DNA from: Patescibacteria group bacterium
GTDB taxonomy: Bacteria; Patescibacteriota; Patescibacteriia; 2-02-FULL-49-11
Reading direction: 5' to 3'
Assembly (NCBI GenBank): GCA_041645165.1
Contig: JBAZQN010000004.1
Span: 18,789 to 82,788 of the forward strand
Length of the DNA stretch: 64,000 nucleotides
Both the position numbers and the translations under genes were made by a program. This document shows positions 1 to 9,777 of this stretch, in pieces (positions within the stretch are counted from its first letter, which is position 1; each line of letters begins with the position of its first letter). The notes below the pieces were generated by a model. The model worked only from the letters and a program-made list of their open reading frames with translations. It was not told where the DNA came from and did no database searches.

Positions 1-16
1 CCTATACGTAAGCGCG

Positions 17-931
17 GTGTGCCTCATTGCGCTTCTTTTCCAATATGTGAATTATTATTTTCCTGATCCTCTGCAGTACTATGAGACGATCTTCGGTGTG
101 CTGCGCCGCACCATCGCCACGGTGATCGTGGTGTTCCCCGTGTACGTGGCGACCGCATGGTATTTCCAAAAAGAAGCGGTGAAGGACCCTGCGCGGCGGG
201 ATATTAAAATCCGCAAATGGCTTGTGTATCTCACCTTGTTTGTGTCCGCAGTGACGGTCATTGTCGACCTCGTGGTGCTCGTCCATCGCTACCTGGGAGG
301 TGAGCTCACTCCCCGTTTTGGACTGAAAGTGCTCGCGGTGCTGCTCGTGGCGGCAGGACTCTTCTGGTATTATCTCTGGGATCTGAAACGGCAGGTAAGC
401 GTACTTCCGATAAAAATAAAAAATATTCTGCGCGCAACGGTCGGCATCGTAGGGATAGTGATCATCGGGGGATTCTTCCTCGTCGGCTCGCCCCAGAAAC
501 AAAGGCTGATACGGTTCGACGCGCAACGAATCACAGACCTGCAAATGATACAAAATGAAGTGATATATTTCTGGCAGCAAAAAAATTCCCTTCCGCAGGC
601 GCTTGAAGAACTTAACAATGATATCAGCGGGTTTCGCGCGCCTCTGGACCCAGAAACAAATGAACAATATGAATACGGCATCAAAGGCCCACTTGTGTTC
701 GAGCTCTGTGCGAACTTTAATACCACAGGAGACGAAGAGAACGCCCGGCGCGGCATTAAAACTGCACCAATCTACGGTACCGCTCAACAGAACTGGAACT
801 GGGAACATGGGATCGGCCGTGTGTGTTTTAAGCGCACCATTGACCCGGAAATTTATGGTAACAAAGAGGGAAACACTATCCGCCCGACACCGCTCCCCTC
901 GCCTCTGCCTGCCCAAAATATACCAGACTAA
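17..931 (+). CDS. DUF5671-type membrane protein with soluble C-terminal domain (probably begins before the window)
   Basis: Several TM segments, motif RKWLVYLTLFVSAVTVIVDL, then GSPxxQRLxRFDxxRxxDL..FELCANF, recalled as a CPR DUF5671 family; frame is open back to the window edge. Confidence 0.75.
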   Translation: MCLIALLFQYVNYYFPDPLQYYETIFGVLRRTIATVIVVFPVYVATAWYFQKEAVKDPARRDIKIRKWLVYLTLFVSAVTVIVDLVVLVHRYLGGELTPRFGLKVLAVLLVAAGLFWYYLWDLKRQVSVLPIKIKNILRATVGIVGIVIIGGFFLVGSPQKQRLIRFDAQRITDLQMIQNEVIYFWQQKNSLPQALEELNNDISGFRAPLDPETNEQYEYGIKGPLVFELCANFNTTGDEENARRGIKTAPIYGTAQQNWNWEHGIGRVCFKRTIDPEIYGNKEGNTIRPTPLPSPLPAQNIPD

Positions 932-946
932 TAGCGCATAATTGCC

Positions 947-1642
947 ATGTCTACTGTAGTTAAAGTAGTCTATTTTCTGCTCTTTCTCGGACTGGTCGTC
1001 CTTCCGCATTTTATCGTAGAAGACATACTCTTTCTCCCGCAAGCATACGCGCAATCGCTCGGCTCGCTGGTGCTCGTGTGCGTTGGGCTACTTTTTTATT
1101 ACCTCCATAAATGGGATTTGCGAAGAATGGAAAAAAAACTGGAAATATCGACTGACAAGCTCAATGACGCTTATACCTACCTAGGCACGGTGAACCGCCG
1201 TTTACCGCTCTTGGAAGGCGTGACTACTGACCTGTTACGCACGTCTGATATGGAAAATAACAAAAAGAAGGAGGTATTTGTAAGCCTCCTCGCGACGGTC
1301 GTCACCTCTCTCGTGCGTGCGGACTGGGGCATGTTCCGCTTTATTGAAGTAGAAAGTAAAAATACCGTAAAAGAATTCATCTACACCCAAAAAAACTACG
1401 TGCTCCTTAAAACAGAATTCAGCAACCAAGAACTGCTGGATACGCGTAGCAACACAGGGCGTATACATGAGCTACGCGATCTCTATGTGCTCCACACCTC
1501 TGATGCCACCACCTCTCTGCCATGCTTCTTAATTTTCCCTAAAGGAGATGAAGAGATCGGTGACGTACTGACGGTTATACAAAGCATCGTGGATCAGGCG
1601 CAGCTTTTTTTTAAATACTACTACCCCACCGCAGCGCACTAA
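947..1642 (+). CDS. Hypothetical membrane protein (2 N-terminal TM helices, coiled coil, soluble domain)
   Basis: 231-aa ORF 15 nt after the previous gene, hydrophobic N-terminus. Confidence 0.7.
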   Translation: MSTVVKVVYFLLFLGLVVLPHFIVEDILFLPQAYAQSLGSLVLVCVGLLFYYLHKWDLRRMEKKLEISTDKLNDAYTYLGTVNRRLPLLEGVTTDLLRTSDMENNKKKEVFVSLLATVVTSLVRADWGMFRFIEVESKNTVKEFIYTQKNYVLLKTEFSNQELLDTRSNTGRIHELRDLYVLHTSDATTSLPCFLIFPKGDEEIGDVLTVIQSIVDQAQLFFKYYYPTAAH

Positions 1643-1658
1643 GGTAAAGCGCGCTCTT

Positions 1659-1707
1659 TTAGTCTTTCCACCACCTCTCTGCGGTGGTGTATTCGTCCCA
1701 GGCTTTC
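1659..1707 (-). repeat. Displaced copy of the carB 3' end (att-like direct repeat, left boundary of islet)
   Basis: 48/49 identical to 6509-6557; reads KAWDEYTTAERWWKD-stop on the minus strand. Confidence 0.95.
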
Positions 1708-1732
1708 ATCGACTATTTTTAAGGCGGGCCCT

Positions 1733-1781
1733 TAAAAAACAAAGTGCTGAAGTGATTGCTTAAATTCACACTCAGCACTTT
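1733..1781 (-). terminator. Intrinsic terminator of the islet operon
   Basis: AAAGTGCTGA...TCAGCACTTT hairpin followed on the minus strand by GTTTTTT. Confidence 0.7.
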
Positions 1782-1807
1782 ACGATAAGGCTCGCTCTGT
1801 GAGTAAA

Positions 1808-3202
1808 TCACTCATAGCTGACCCTTAGAATAGCCTGATAAAGATTCTCATTTTCCTTTACCAGCATTCCAAACTCCGGCAATAGCTGATCCGGAAAATT
1901 AGCGACTCTAGCCGTGTAAGGCATTGAGTCGCTGTTGAAGTATTTTTGCAAATCGGCGTATCGCCGGTGAAATTCTTCCACCGACATATGATGGGGCTTA
2001 AGTACTGTTTGCCGTAACGAGAAATGATCCGAATTATCAGTTAATAGATTGTTCGGATTGGTCCTCTCGTATAATACAGTCCCCTTAAATGGAGTGAGTA
2101 CGAAAAAGTGACAAGAAGTTAGCCCGAGCTCCATGCTCGTATAATTCAGAAGGTGGTCAAAATCATCTTGCGTGAAATTTTGATTTATCATTGACGTACC
2201 GTGTACGCTCACGGCATTTTGTCTGCAAATATTTATTGCCTTAGCATGCGATGTCGTCGTGTCCTCCTTTTTGTATGCCTCAAGCTGTTTGTCCGAGAAT
2301 CCATCAATGCCAATCCAAGCCTCCACCAAACCTGCACTTGCCCATTTTTCCAGCAGCCAAGGATTCTTTGCGACCGTGTCTGCACGGGTGTACATAATGA
2401 ATCTCTTGTTAATCCCCGAACTAATGATAGCCCCAGCTAATTCAAACATATAATCCGCTTCGATGAACGACTCATCGTCGGCTAAAAATATGTTCTCGGG
2501 AGTTAACGAGGCAATCTCTTGCACAATCCCAGCGATGTCTCGAATCTCATAACGCGGACAAATTTTCCAAAGGCAACAGAAGTTACATCTATATGGACAA
2601 CCGCTGGAAGTCTTGATTGATACCACTGGCTGTAAAACCTGCTCAAACCCCGGTCTGCCGATCGCAATATGATATTTGTACCGCGTAGATAATTCCCGAT
2701 TGGGATTCGGATAACTTTGTAATGTAACCGATGGCACAAAGCTAGTATCAATCATTGCTTGAACTACTTTCAGTCTTCTTCCTTGGGCGATCATCTTCAC
2801 TGTCACGGGAAAATTACCCATGGGATTCCTCCATATGACAACGTCGACTTTCTGAAAGAAATCGTATGGCCACAACATCACATGTATTCCTCCGACTACT
2901 GTTATGATCTTGCGATCGATATCTTTAGTTATCTGGGCGAGTTGCAACACTCTCCCAGTATTGGAGGATGTTCTTGCAGAAAAGGCAATGACATCGGGCT
3001 GAAAAGCCCTGATCGTCTGCCTAAATGCAGTATCCGGCTCCGCTTCATTATTCAAATCAATTAGACAGAGATCGTGGTAGTCCTCTACTGTCGCCGCAAC
3101 ATAACTCAACCCCAACGGTTCAAAATTATAAAAGTGCATCCCCGCGTTGACCACTGGATTGAGAGAATCTGGCTGCACAAACAATATCTTCATTTTAATC
3201 AC
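1808..3202 (-). CDS. Cobalamin-binding (class B) radical SAM enzyme, HpnR-like putative methyltransferase
   Basis: N-terminal B12-binding fold (EPLGLSYVAA..PDVIAFS..VVGGIH), GCPYRCNFC CxxxCxxC motif, FLADDE; start may be ATG at 3193 after AGAGG. Confidence 0.85.
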   Translation of the reverse strand: MIKMKILFVQPDSLNPVVNAGMHFYNFEPLGLSYVAATVEDYHDLCLIDLNNEAEPDTAFRQTIRAFQPDVIAFSARTSSNTGRVLQLAQITKDIDRKIITVVGGIHVMLWPYDFFQKVDVVIWRNPMGNFPVTVKMIAQGRRLKVVQAMIDTSFVPSVTLQSYPNPNRELSTRYKYHIAIGRPGFEQVLQPVVSIKTSSGCPYRCNFCCLWKICPRYEIRDIAGIVQEIASLTPENIFLADDESFIEADYMFELAGAIISSGINKRFIMYTRADTVAKNPWLLEKWASAGLVEAWIGIDGFSDKQLEAYKKEDTTTSHAKAINICRQNAVSVHGTSMINQNFTQDDFDHLLNYTSMELGLTSCHFFVLTPFKGTVLYERTNPNNLLTDNSDHFSLRQTVLKPHHMSVEEFHRRYADLQKYFNSDSMPYTARVANFPDQLLPEFGMLVKENENLYQAILRVSYE

Positions 3203-3241
3203 CTCTCTTTTTTGTATTTTATTTTTAACTGATTTTTAAGC

Positions 3242-4261
3242 TTAGCATGGGCATTCCAGAATACCCGCACTTATTTTCGGGAAGCATCTCCCCACCCACC
3301 TTTCTTTCCCGTACTTTCTATCCTTTATCTTACTGCACCGTTGCCACAACTCCGCGAGCGAAGAGTCGCGTATATTCCCAACAGTATCATCAGCCTCACA
3401 GAGTTTAATGTTCCCGATATCGTCCATATACATCCCGGCGCGAGCAATATCGCATGGTAAACCACCTGGGAATGCAACGGGGTCGGGGAAATAAATTCCT
3501 TCATGTTCTCTCAAAGTAACAAGTCTTTGTATGAGGTTTGTAATCTCACGAGGGCATGGAGAGTACTTTACTCTGATTTCAGGATCAGCCACCTTTCCAA
3601 TTGGCATTAATGGACAGACGAGCGGATAGATATTATTATGCAGTGCAAAATTAAAGATATATGCTATCTTGCCGTAGTTCTGTTTCAGGAGGACAATTCC
3701 GAAACCCAGCCTCGTAGGATGATATCTATTGAAGCCAGCAGACAGTAGGCGTGTGAGAGCTTTATTTCTCAAGGTAGAATATCCTTTCCGTTGGACGATG
3801 CTATCCTGCTGTTGTCTCTCGTACTTGAGCATTACCGTAGCTCCTATATCATGAAGTTTCCGCACGATTCCATCACACGAAAGGTGGTGAATTTTTTGTG
3901 CGAGTTCATCCGATCCCAGCACATCTCCACAGGTGAATAAAACAGGAATCACGCCAAGATTTCTGATCTTAGCGAGCAGAGGGAGTATATCTTTCCGTAG
4001 TAATGGTTCTCCTTCACCGAGAATTTTGATACTTTTCCCTCCTAGTGCTGCAAACTCTTCAAACACCCGTACAATCTCATCTTGTGTTAATTTAGGTCCA
4101 TGATTTACGCCGAAATACCCGCAATAGAAGCACTTGTTCAAACATCCACCTGGTAATGCACAGTCCATCGTGAGAGGGATGTTGTTTTTTCTTGCCTGCA
4201 CAATATCTTTATCAGAGAATGTGCCTCCCTCATATCCAAAAATTTTTGTTGTGTTTTTCAT
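3242..4261 (-). CDS. Radical SAM protein with C-terminal SPASM/twitch-like domain
   Basis: CLNKCFYC, GEGEPLLR, C-terminal CDIAR..GNIKLCE..VGNIRDSSLAELW..C; start taken at MKNTTK after GGAG (track start 4321). Confidence 0.85.
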   Translation of the reverse strand: MKNTTKIFGYEGGTFSDKDIVQARKNNIPLTMDCALPGGCLNKCFYCGYFGVNHGPKLTQDEIVRVFEEFAALGGKSIKILGEGEPLLRKDILPLLAKIRNLGVIPVLFTCGDVLGSDELAQKIHHLSCDGIVRKLHDIGATVMLKYERQQQDSIVQRKGYSTLRNKALTRLLSAGFNRYHPTRLGFGIVLLKQNYGKIAYIFNFALHNNIYPLVCPLMPIGKVADPEIRVKYSPCPREITNLIQRLVTLREHEGIYFPDPVAFPGGLPCDIARAGMYMDDIGNIKLCEADDTVGNIRDSSLAELWQRCSKIKDRKYGKERWVGRCFPKISAGILECPC

Positions 4262-4286
4262 TTTTTGTCTCCTTATTTTTTTCATG

Positions 4287-5570
4287 TTAAAGAACATGCT
4301 TTTTATTTTTGTTATTTCCATTTATAGAGTCTATTGATAACCCTTCTTTCAATGCACCCAGTATGCCAGCTGCCTCCAGATAATTCCGCGCTCGGTAAAT
4401 ATTACTCTTGCTGACATTTAGTTTATCAGGTGTCACATCTAAGACTGTGGTATTATTTGTCACCGTGATGATCGGAATATGTAACTTATTTGCAATCAAT
4501 ACTGGGATGCCTCCGCAAGATGTTTCTGGACATACAACCGCTTGTACATCATTCCGAGTAACAACACTTGAGTATTTTTCCTGTGTAAATATTATTCTTG
4601 GAGCTTTTGATAGCCCTTTAAGCACACACACCAGACCGCTTTGCGAAACATATTCGCCGGCAGAGCGAGAATCAACCACGGAATATCCAACTGGTTTGTA
4701 ATTGAGAAGCGGCGCATGTCCGCAGGGCACGCCAAAACAATAACCAATCAGATGAGAAATAATCGCTTCCACGCCGCCGATAAGATTTGGCCATTTACCT
4801 CTTAAGTGTTTTTGGTACAAATTAGCATCAATCCCGTGAATAATAGAGGTTACCGCAATCGCGTCCGTGCCTGCTTTGAGAAGTTTTTCTGCATTCTTGA
4901 GCAACCCCTCTACATTTTTTATTGTTCCAACCATTGTTCCTGAAGGCGTCCTTTCGATTATCGCTCCAATACTCTCCGACATAACCTCTATAGCCGCGAC
5001 GTTAATGCCGTGTACCGCTTGCATAGCATTAACGATATTTTCAACTAATGCGAGTCCTTGTTTATCTACTTTCTCAATAAGAAGTCCAATTTTATTATTT
5101 CTGACTGGTGCAAAGCCGATATTCCCTAGCATTAATTGATCAATCATGAATCCTTCAACATAGAGTGCACTGTTTGGAATATTAAAAAAATCAGATGCGT
5201 TGTACACATTTGGGTGTGTAATCATGACATCTGATACCGTGGCAAGTAATTGATTTGCTGGCGCGGCATCGCCTGCAAAACCACCAATACTAGCACCAAT
5301 GCCGGTCGGAACTATATGAACTAACCCATAATGAGTGGAAGTTGTCTTTGTTTCATTGAGAGTAAGGACGAAAGGGTATTGGACTGAGACATTTGTAATA
5401 GTTGCCTCAACAATTGCCTGGCGACCCTTGATTGAATTTATACTCCATCGAAGAGGAAAATAGTTTTTTAATTGTTTATGAAATATTTTTAAGACACCGT
5501 CAAAGATGCTCTGACTTTTCTGCAGGCTTATCTTGAGTATCACGTTTTTTATACCTACTGTTCTTGTCAT
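4287..5570 (-). CDS. DUF3326 family protein
   Basis: IVPTGIGASIGGFAGDA..ITHPNVYNAS, GGVEAIISHL, HAP; start taken at MTRTVG after AGGAG (track start 5624). Confidence 0.8.
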   Translation of the reverse strand: MTRTVGIKNVILKISLQKSQSIFDGVLKIFHKQLKNYFPLRWSINSIKGRQAIVEATITNVSVQYPFVLTLNETKTTSTHYGLVHIVPTGIGASIGGFAGDAAPANQLLATVSDVMITHPNVYNASDFFNIPNSALYVEGFMIDQLMLGNIGFAPVRNNKIGLLIEKVDKQGLALVENIVNAMQAVHGINVAAIEVMSESIGAIIERTPSGTMVGTIKNVEGLLKNAEKLLKAGTDAIAVTSIIHGIDANLYQKHLRGKWPNLIGGVEAIISHLIGYCFGVPCGHAPLLNYKPVGYSVVDSRSAGEYVSQSGLVCVLKGLSKAPRIIFTQEKYSSVVTRNDVQAVVCPETSCGGIPVLIANKLHIPIITVTNNTTVLDVTPDKLNVSKSNIYRARNYLEAAGILGALKEGLSIDSINGNNKNKKHVL

Positions 5571-6330
5571 ACTCCTGCGCTCTTTCCCACGCGAGTTTCC
5601 AAATTTCCTTCTGAGCTTGTGCAAAGGCGTGGCTTTTAATAATCATTCCGAACTTCTGTTCAAACTCCATAATTGCCACCTTATCGCTATAAATATTTAC
5701 CTCAAGTCCGAAATCGAAAGGAAGATCAACTAATTTGCTTTCACGGAGATGATTTTTGTCTCGGGCTTTGACGGATTGTGCGTATTTGGTATTCGGCATT
5801 ATAACCTTAATCGGTATTTTTTTATTTGTTCGCCTGTTGAAGTAATTTTCTATAAAATTTCCCAAGCGTTCATACACGATCTTGCCGCCGGCGTAAGCCA
5901 GAATTTCTTCTGAAGAGGTAAGCGTATCTTCATATACTTTCTTAATGCCCTCGATCCCTTCGTAAAAGCTTATTTCCGGTTTTTCTGTTCCAGTTTTATA
6001 AATTGTTTGCAGTTGGGCAATGATATCATCAACACTCAACTCGAGCTTTTTAGCGTTTCTCGTTACTCTTAAAACTATATCCTTAAGCCGCGCCGGGCTT
6101 AATGCCTTGATCGCCTTCCCTCTCCGCTTGTCTACAAGCAATTCAATCAACCCTTTCTCCAAAAGTGAATCAAGAACTTTATATCCCGTCACGCGGTCTA
6201 TGTGCGCCGCTTGTGAAATTTCTGGCACAGAAGCGATCCCCAAGGTAAGGGAGGCGGTATAAAATTTGATTTCACTATGAGATAAACCTAATTTCTTTAA
6301 AAAGTTGGTTATTTTTTCTTGTGGAAGCAT
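5500..6330 (-). CDS. TrmB-family transcriptional regulator
   Basis: LKKLGLSHSEIKFY..IDRVTGYKVLDSLLEKGLI wHTH, PEISFYEGIEGIKKVYED, EVNIYSDKVAI; start at MLPQEK. Confidence 0.85.
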   Translation of the reverse strand: MLPQEKITNFLKKLGLSHSEIKFYTASLTLGIASVPEISQAAHIDRVTGYKVLDSLLEKGLIELLVDKRRGKAIKALSPARLKDIVLRVTRNAKKLELSVDDIIAQLQTIYKTGTEKPEISFYEGIEGIKKVYEDTLTSSEEILAYAGGKIVYERLGNFIENYFNRRTNKKIPIKVIMPNTKYAQSVKARDKNHLRESKLVDLPFDFGLEVNIYSDKVAIMEFEQKFGMIIKSHAFAQAQKEIWKLAWERAQEYDKNSRYKKRDTQDKPAEKSEHL

Positions 6331-6335
6331 ATATT

Positions 6336-6433
6336 TTAGTTGATATATAGTCAAATAATTATTATATTGTTAGAAAAAATAAGTTTGGTTAGCCAATAAT
6401 ATGATATCTTTTAGTTGACGATGTGTCAACTAA
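6336..6433. promoter_or_regulatory. Two copies of a palindromic putative operator TTAGTTGAC-N5-GTCAACTAA
   Basis: Perfect 9-bp arms at 6411-6433 and a 2-mismatch copy at 6336-6358, directly upstream of the TrmB start. Confidence 0.65.
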
Positions 6434-6508
6434 TAATAAAACCAACTCTGTAAGAGTGGCTGATAAAGATAATTATATAATCCCCATTACGGGGAATAAA
6501 TGAAATGC

Positions 6509-6557
6509 TTAGCCTTTCCACCACCTCTCTGCGGTGGTGTATTCGTCCCAGGCTTTC
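6509..6557 (-). repeat. carB 3' end, right att-like repeat
   Basis: Matches 1659-1707; contains CACCACC-TCTCTGC-GGTGGTG. Confidence 0.95.
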
Positions 6558-9500
6558 GCGGAGAGATCGTCTTCTTTTGTGGTGCTGAGTGAACGCAAAT
6601 ACATTTTCGCGATTTTGAGGTCAGTATGGAGAGGGATATGGCTGTCCACCGCCAATCTTCTGATAAAAAAGCCGTCAGTCCGCGAAGACGAGGTCTGACG
6701 GCGTTCAGGGATATTAATAACACAATCAACTTTCCTCCCCCTTATCCATTCGCTGACATTGGGGCTCCCCCCTTCGCTCACCTTGCGCAAGCACAACGTT
6801 TCGATGCCGTTATCCTCCAAAAAATTCGCGGTATGCTCCGTGGCGGCGAAAACGAATCCCTGACGGGAAAGTGCCTGGATATCAAAAAGAAGAATACCTT
6901 TGGCGGTATCTGGGCCGATCGAAAGGAGTATTGTTTTTTTAGGATAATAATTGCCTGCCGCCGCAATCGCCTTCAAAAAAGCCTCCTCATAAGAATCGCC
7001 GAAACAGGCCACCTCGCCGGTGGACGCCATTTCCACCGTAGGCTTCGGGTCCGCGCCTTTAATGCGGCTAAAGGAATACTTAGGCGCTTTCACGGCCACA
7101 TAATCAAGGTCAAGGGTACGGTAATCTCCGCGGATATCCTCACCGAGCATGGCGCGGGTGGCGAAATCAATAAAATTATAACGAGACACCTTTGACACGA
7201 AAGGAAATGACCGGCTTGCGCGAAGATTGCACTCAATCACCTGGATGCGGTTGTCTTTGACGAGGAATTGGATATTGAAGGGGCCGGTGATATCTAACTC
7301 TTTCACGATATTCCTGCATACGAGCTTCACCCGCCGCGTCGTTTCAAGGAACAGCCGCTGTGGGGGATAGACGACGGTCGCGTCGCCCGAATGGACTCCC
7401 GCGTGCTCCACGTGTTCGGTAACCGCATATAGCACCAGCTCACCCTTTTGCGCGACACCGTCGATCTCCACCTCTTTGGCGCCCTCAATGAATTTCGAGA
7501 CGACCACGGGATGATCCGGCGTCACGGCCGATGCCGCAGTAAGATAGCGGGTAAGCTCTTCCTCATCCTCCGCGACATTCATGGCCGATCCTGAAAGCAC
7601 GTAGGACGGGCGCACGAGTACGGGAAATCCCGCGGCATTGGCAAACGCGCACGCTTCGCGCACGGTAGTGAGCTCTTTCCATGCAGGCTGGTCTATATTG
7701 AGCCGGTCAAGAAGCGCGGAAAACTTGTGCCGATCCTCTGCGCGGTCTATATTCCGGGCTGACGTGCCCCACAGGGGCACTTTGGCGTGCGCAAGAGACA
7801 GCGCAAGGTTATTCGGCACCTGCCCTCCCATAGAGACCACCAATCCCCTCGGACGCTCAAATTCGCAGATATCCAGGATGCGCTCCAAGGTCAATTCCTC
7901 GAAGTAGAGGCGATCAGACATGTCATAGTCAGTGGAGACCGTCTCGGGATTTGAATTGACCACAATCGTGCGAATTTTCTTGTGCCGCAAAGTTTTGGCA
8001 GTATTCACGCAGCACCAGTCAAATTCAACTGAAGAGCCGATGCGATAGGGGCCGGAACCAAGCACGATGGCGGGGCGCCGCTCACGCGTTACATCATGTG
8101 CGCTCCCGTGGTAAGTGCAGTAGAGGTAATTGGTCTTCGCGGGAAATTCTCCCGCGGTCGTATCAATTTGTTTTACCGTAGGCACCACGCCGCATTGTTT
8201 CCTCAACCTGCGGACCGCGTGTTCTGTATGGGCGCACGCCTCAGCGATGCACGCATCTGAAAATCCTAACTGTTTAAGTTTTTTTAATGCAGGTGTGTTG
8301 CGCCTCACTTCGTCCCATCCTTTTGCGCGTAAGGACGCATACGCTCCCGCAAGCGTTTTGAGATGCGAGAGAAACCATGGATCAATGCCGCTCAAGCGCG
8401 CGATGCGGGAGACGTTCACCTTGTGCCCTAGCGCAAAGGTAAAGGCAAAAAGGCGCGACGGCGTAGGAATGCGGATATCGCGGAGCGCTTTCTCAAGGTC
8501 ATGATATCCGTTATTCATAAACAGTTCTTTTCCCAAGCACAACATCCTCACCGCCTTTTGAAGCGCCTCAGGGAAACTGCGCCCCAGCGCCATCACTTCG
8601 CCCACGCTTTTCATCTCTGAACCTATAGTAAGCTCGGCGGCGCGGAATTTCGTAAGGTCCCACCGGGGAATTTTTACTGCGATATAATCAAGAGCCGGTT
8701 CGAAAAAGCTGCCGGTCGCGCGCGTAATCGCATTGGGTATCGCATGGAGCGGAATCCCAAGCGCCGCTTTGGTCGCCACAAATGCCAGAGGATATCCCGT
8801 GGCTTTTGACGCGAGCGCAGACGAGCGGGAAAGGCGCGCATTCACCTCTATCACTCTGATACGAGGCATGACACGGCTTTTCACCCGAGGTTTCGGCTCT
8901 ACTGCAAACTGGATATTGCATTCTCCCACAATATCCAGGTGATGCGCCACCTTGAGCGCCATGGCGCGCAATAAATGGTATTCCTTATTGGAAAGCGTTT
9001 GCGAGGGAGCAACCACGATGCTTTCGCCCGTGTGGATGCCCATGGGATCCATATTTTCCATATTGCACACGGTAACCGCATTGCCAAAAGAATCCCGCAT
9101 GATCTCATATTCAATTTCCTTCCAACCTCCCAAGTACTCTTCCAAAAGGGCCTCTCCCCCCTGCGACAGCGCAGTGTTTAATAACTCCCTTAATTCACGC
9201 GGGTTGCGCGCATAACCAGACCCTAAACCTCCCAGCGAAAAACCAACACGTACCATGACCGGATAGGCAATGCGTTTTGCGAAGAGAAGCCCCTCCTCCA
9301 TATTCTTCACGGTGGTGCCGCGCGGCACCGCGATCCCGATCTTTTGAAGCCGCGCAGAAAAAGCAGCCCTGTCTTCAGTGTCATGAATCGTTTTCAGGGA
9401 AGTGCCTAAAACGCGGACCCGATGCCGCTTCAGAACGCCCTCGCGATCCAACTCAAGTCCGAGGTTCAATGCAGACTGGCCTCCCACATTCAAGAGGATG

Positions 9501-9769
9501 GCATCAGGGTGCTCCCGCGCGATAATGCGCGCAGCAAAATGAAGGGTCAGGGGAAGAAAATATACCCGATCCGCAAAATCCGCGTCAGTCTGCACGGTGG
9601 CGATGTTGGGATTTAAGAGAACAGTTTTGATGCCTTCTTCCTTAAGCGCCTTAATCGCCTGCGAACCGGAATAATCAAACTCTCCGGCTTGGCCGATTTT
9701 CAAACCGCCGGAACCGATGATAAATACTTTCTTCGGAAGGGTCTTTTTTGATAATGTGTTTTGCATCAC
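6509..9769 (-). CDS. carB: Carbamoyl-phosphate synthase large subunit
   Basis: IGSGGLKIGQAGEFDYSG, NMENMDPMGIHTGES, LGSGPYRIGSSVEFDWC, C-terminal MGS domain. Confidence 0.98.
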   Translation of the reverse strand: MMQNTLSKKTLPKKVFIIGSGGLKIGQAGEFDYSGSQAIKALKEEGIKTVLLNPNIATVQTDADFADRVYFLPLTLHFAARIIAREHPDAILLNVGGQSALNLGLELDREGVLKRHRVRVLGTSLKTIHDTEDRAAFSARLQKIGIAVPRGTTVKNMEEGLLFAKRIAYPVMVRVGFSLGGLGSGYARNPRELRELLNTALSQGGEALLEEYLGGWKEIEYEIMRDSFGNAVTVCNMENMDPMGIHTGESIVVAPSQTLSNKEYHLLRAMALKVAHHLDIVGECNIQFAVEPKPRVKSRVMPRIRVIEVNARLSRSSALASKATGYPLAFVATKAALGIPLHAIPNAITRATGSFFEPALDYIAVKIPRWDLTKFRAAELTIGSEMKSVGEVMALGRSFPEALQKAVRMLCLGKELFMNNGYHDLEKALRDIRIPTPSRLFAFTFALGHKVNVSRIARLSGIDPWFLSHLKTLAGAYASLRAKGWDEVRRNTPALKKLKQLGFSDACIAEACAHTEHAVRRLRKQCGVVPTVKQIDTTAGEFPAKTNYLYCTYHGSAHDVTRERRPAIVLGSGPYRIGSSVEFDWCCVNTAKTLRHKKIRTIVVNSNPETVSTDYDMSDRLYFEELTLERILDICEFERPRGLVVSMGGQVPNNLALSLAHAKVPLWGTSARNIDRAEDRHKFSALLDRLNIDQPAWKELTTVREACAFANAAGFPVLVRPSYVLSGSAMNVAEDEEELTRYLTAASAVTPDHPVVVSKFIEGAKEVEIDGVAQKGELVLYAVTEHVEHAGVHSGDATVVYPPQRLFLETTRRVKLVCRNIVKELDITGPFNIQFLVKDNRIQVIECNLRASRSFPFVSKVSRYNFIDFATRAMLGEDIRGDYRTLDLDYVAVKAPKYSFSRIKGADPKPTVEMASTGEVACFGDSYEEAFLKAIAAAGNYYPKKTILLSIGPDTAKGILLFDIQALSRQGFVFAATEHTANFLEDNGIETLCLRKVSEGGSPNVSEWIRGRKVDCVINIPERRQTSSSRTDGFFIRRLAVDSHIPLHTDLKIAKMYLRSLSTTKEDDLSAKAWDEYTTAERWWKG

Positions 9770-9777
9770 AAAGGATA

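Larger units (their letters stand above)
1659..6557 (-). mobile_element. Genomic islet integrated at the carB 3' end (TrmB, DUF3326, two radical SAM genes; no integrase)
   Basis: Flanking 49-bp direct repeats 4850 bp apart; interior visibly more AT-rich than carB. Confidence 0.8.

Noticed and set aside
2-1054. 350-aa minus-strand ORF
   Set aside because: Antisense shadow of the DUF5671-type gene with no recognisable motifs; the same applies to most short overlapping ORFs in the track
1808-6330. RiPP cluster interpretation of the radical SAM islet
   Set aside because: No precursor peptide, RRE/PqqD domain, peptidase or exporter visible within the repeat-bounded unit
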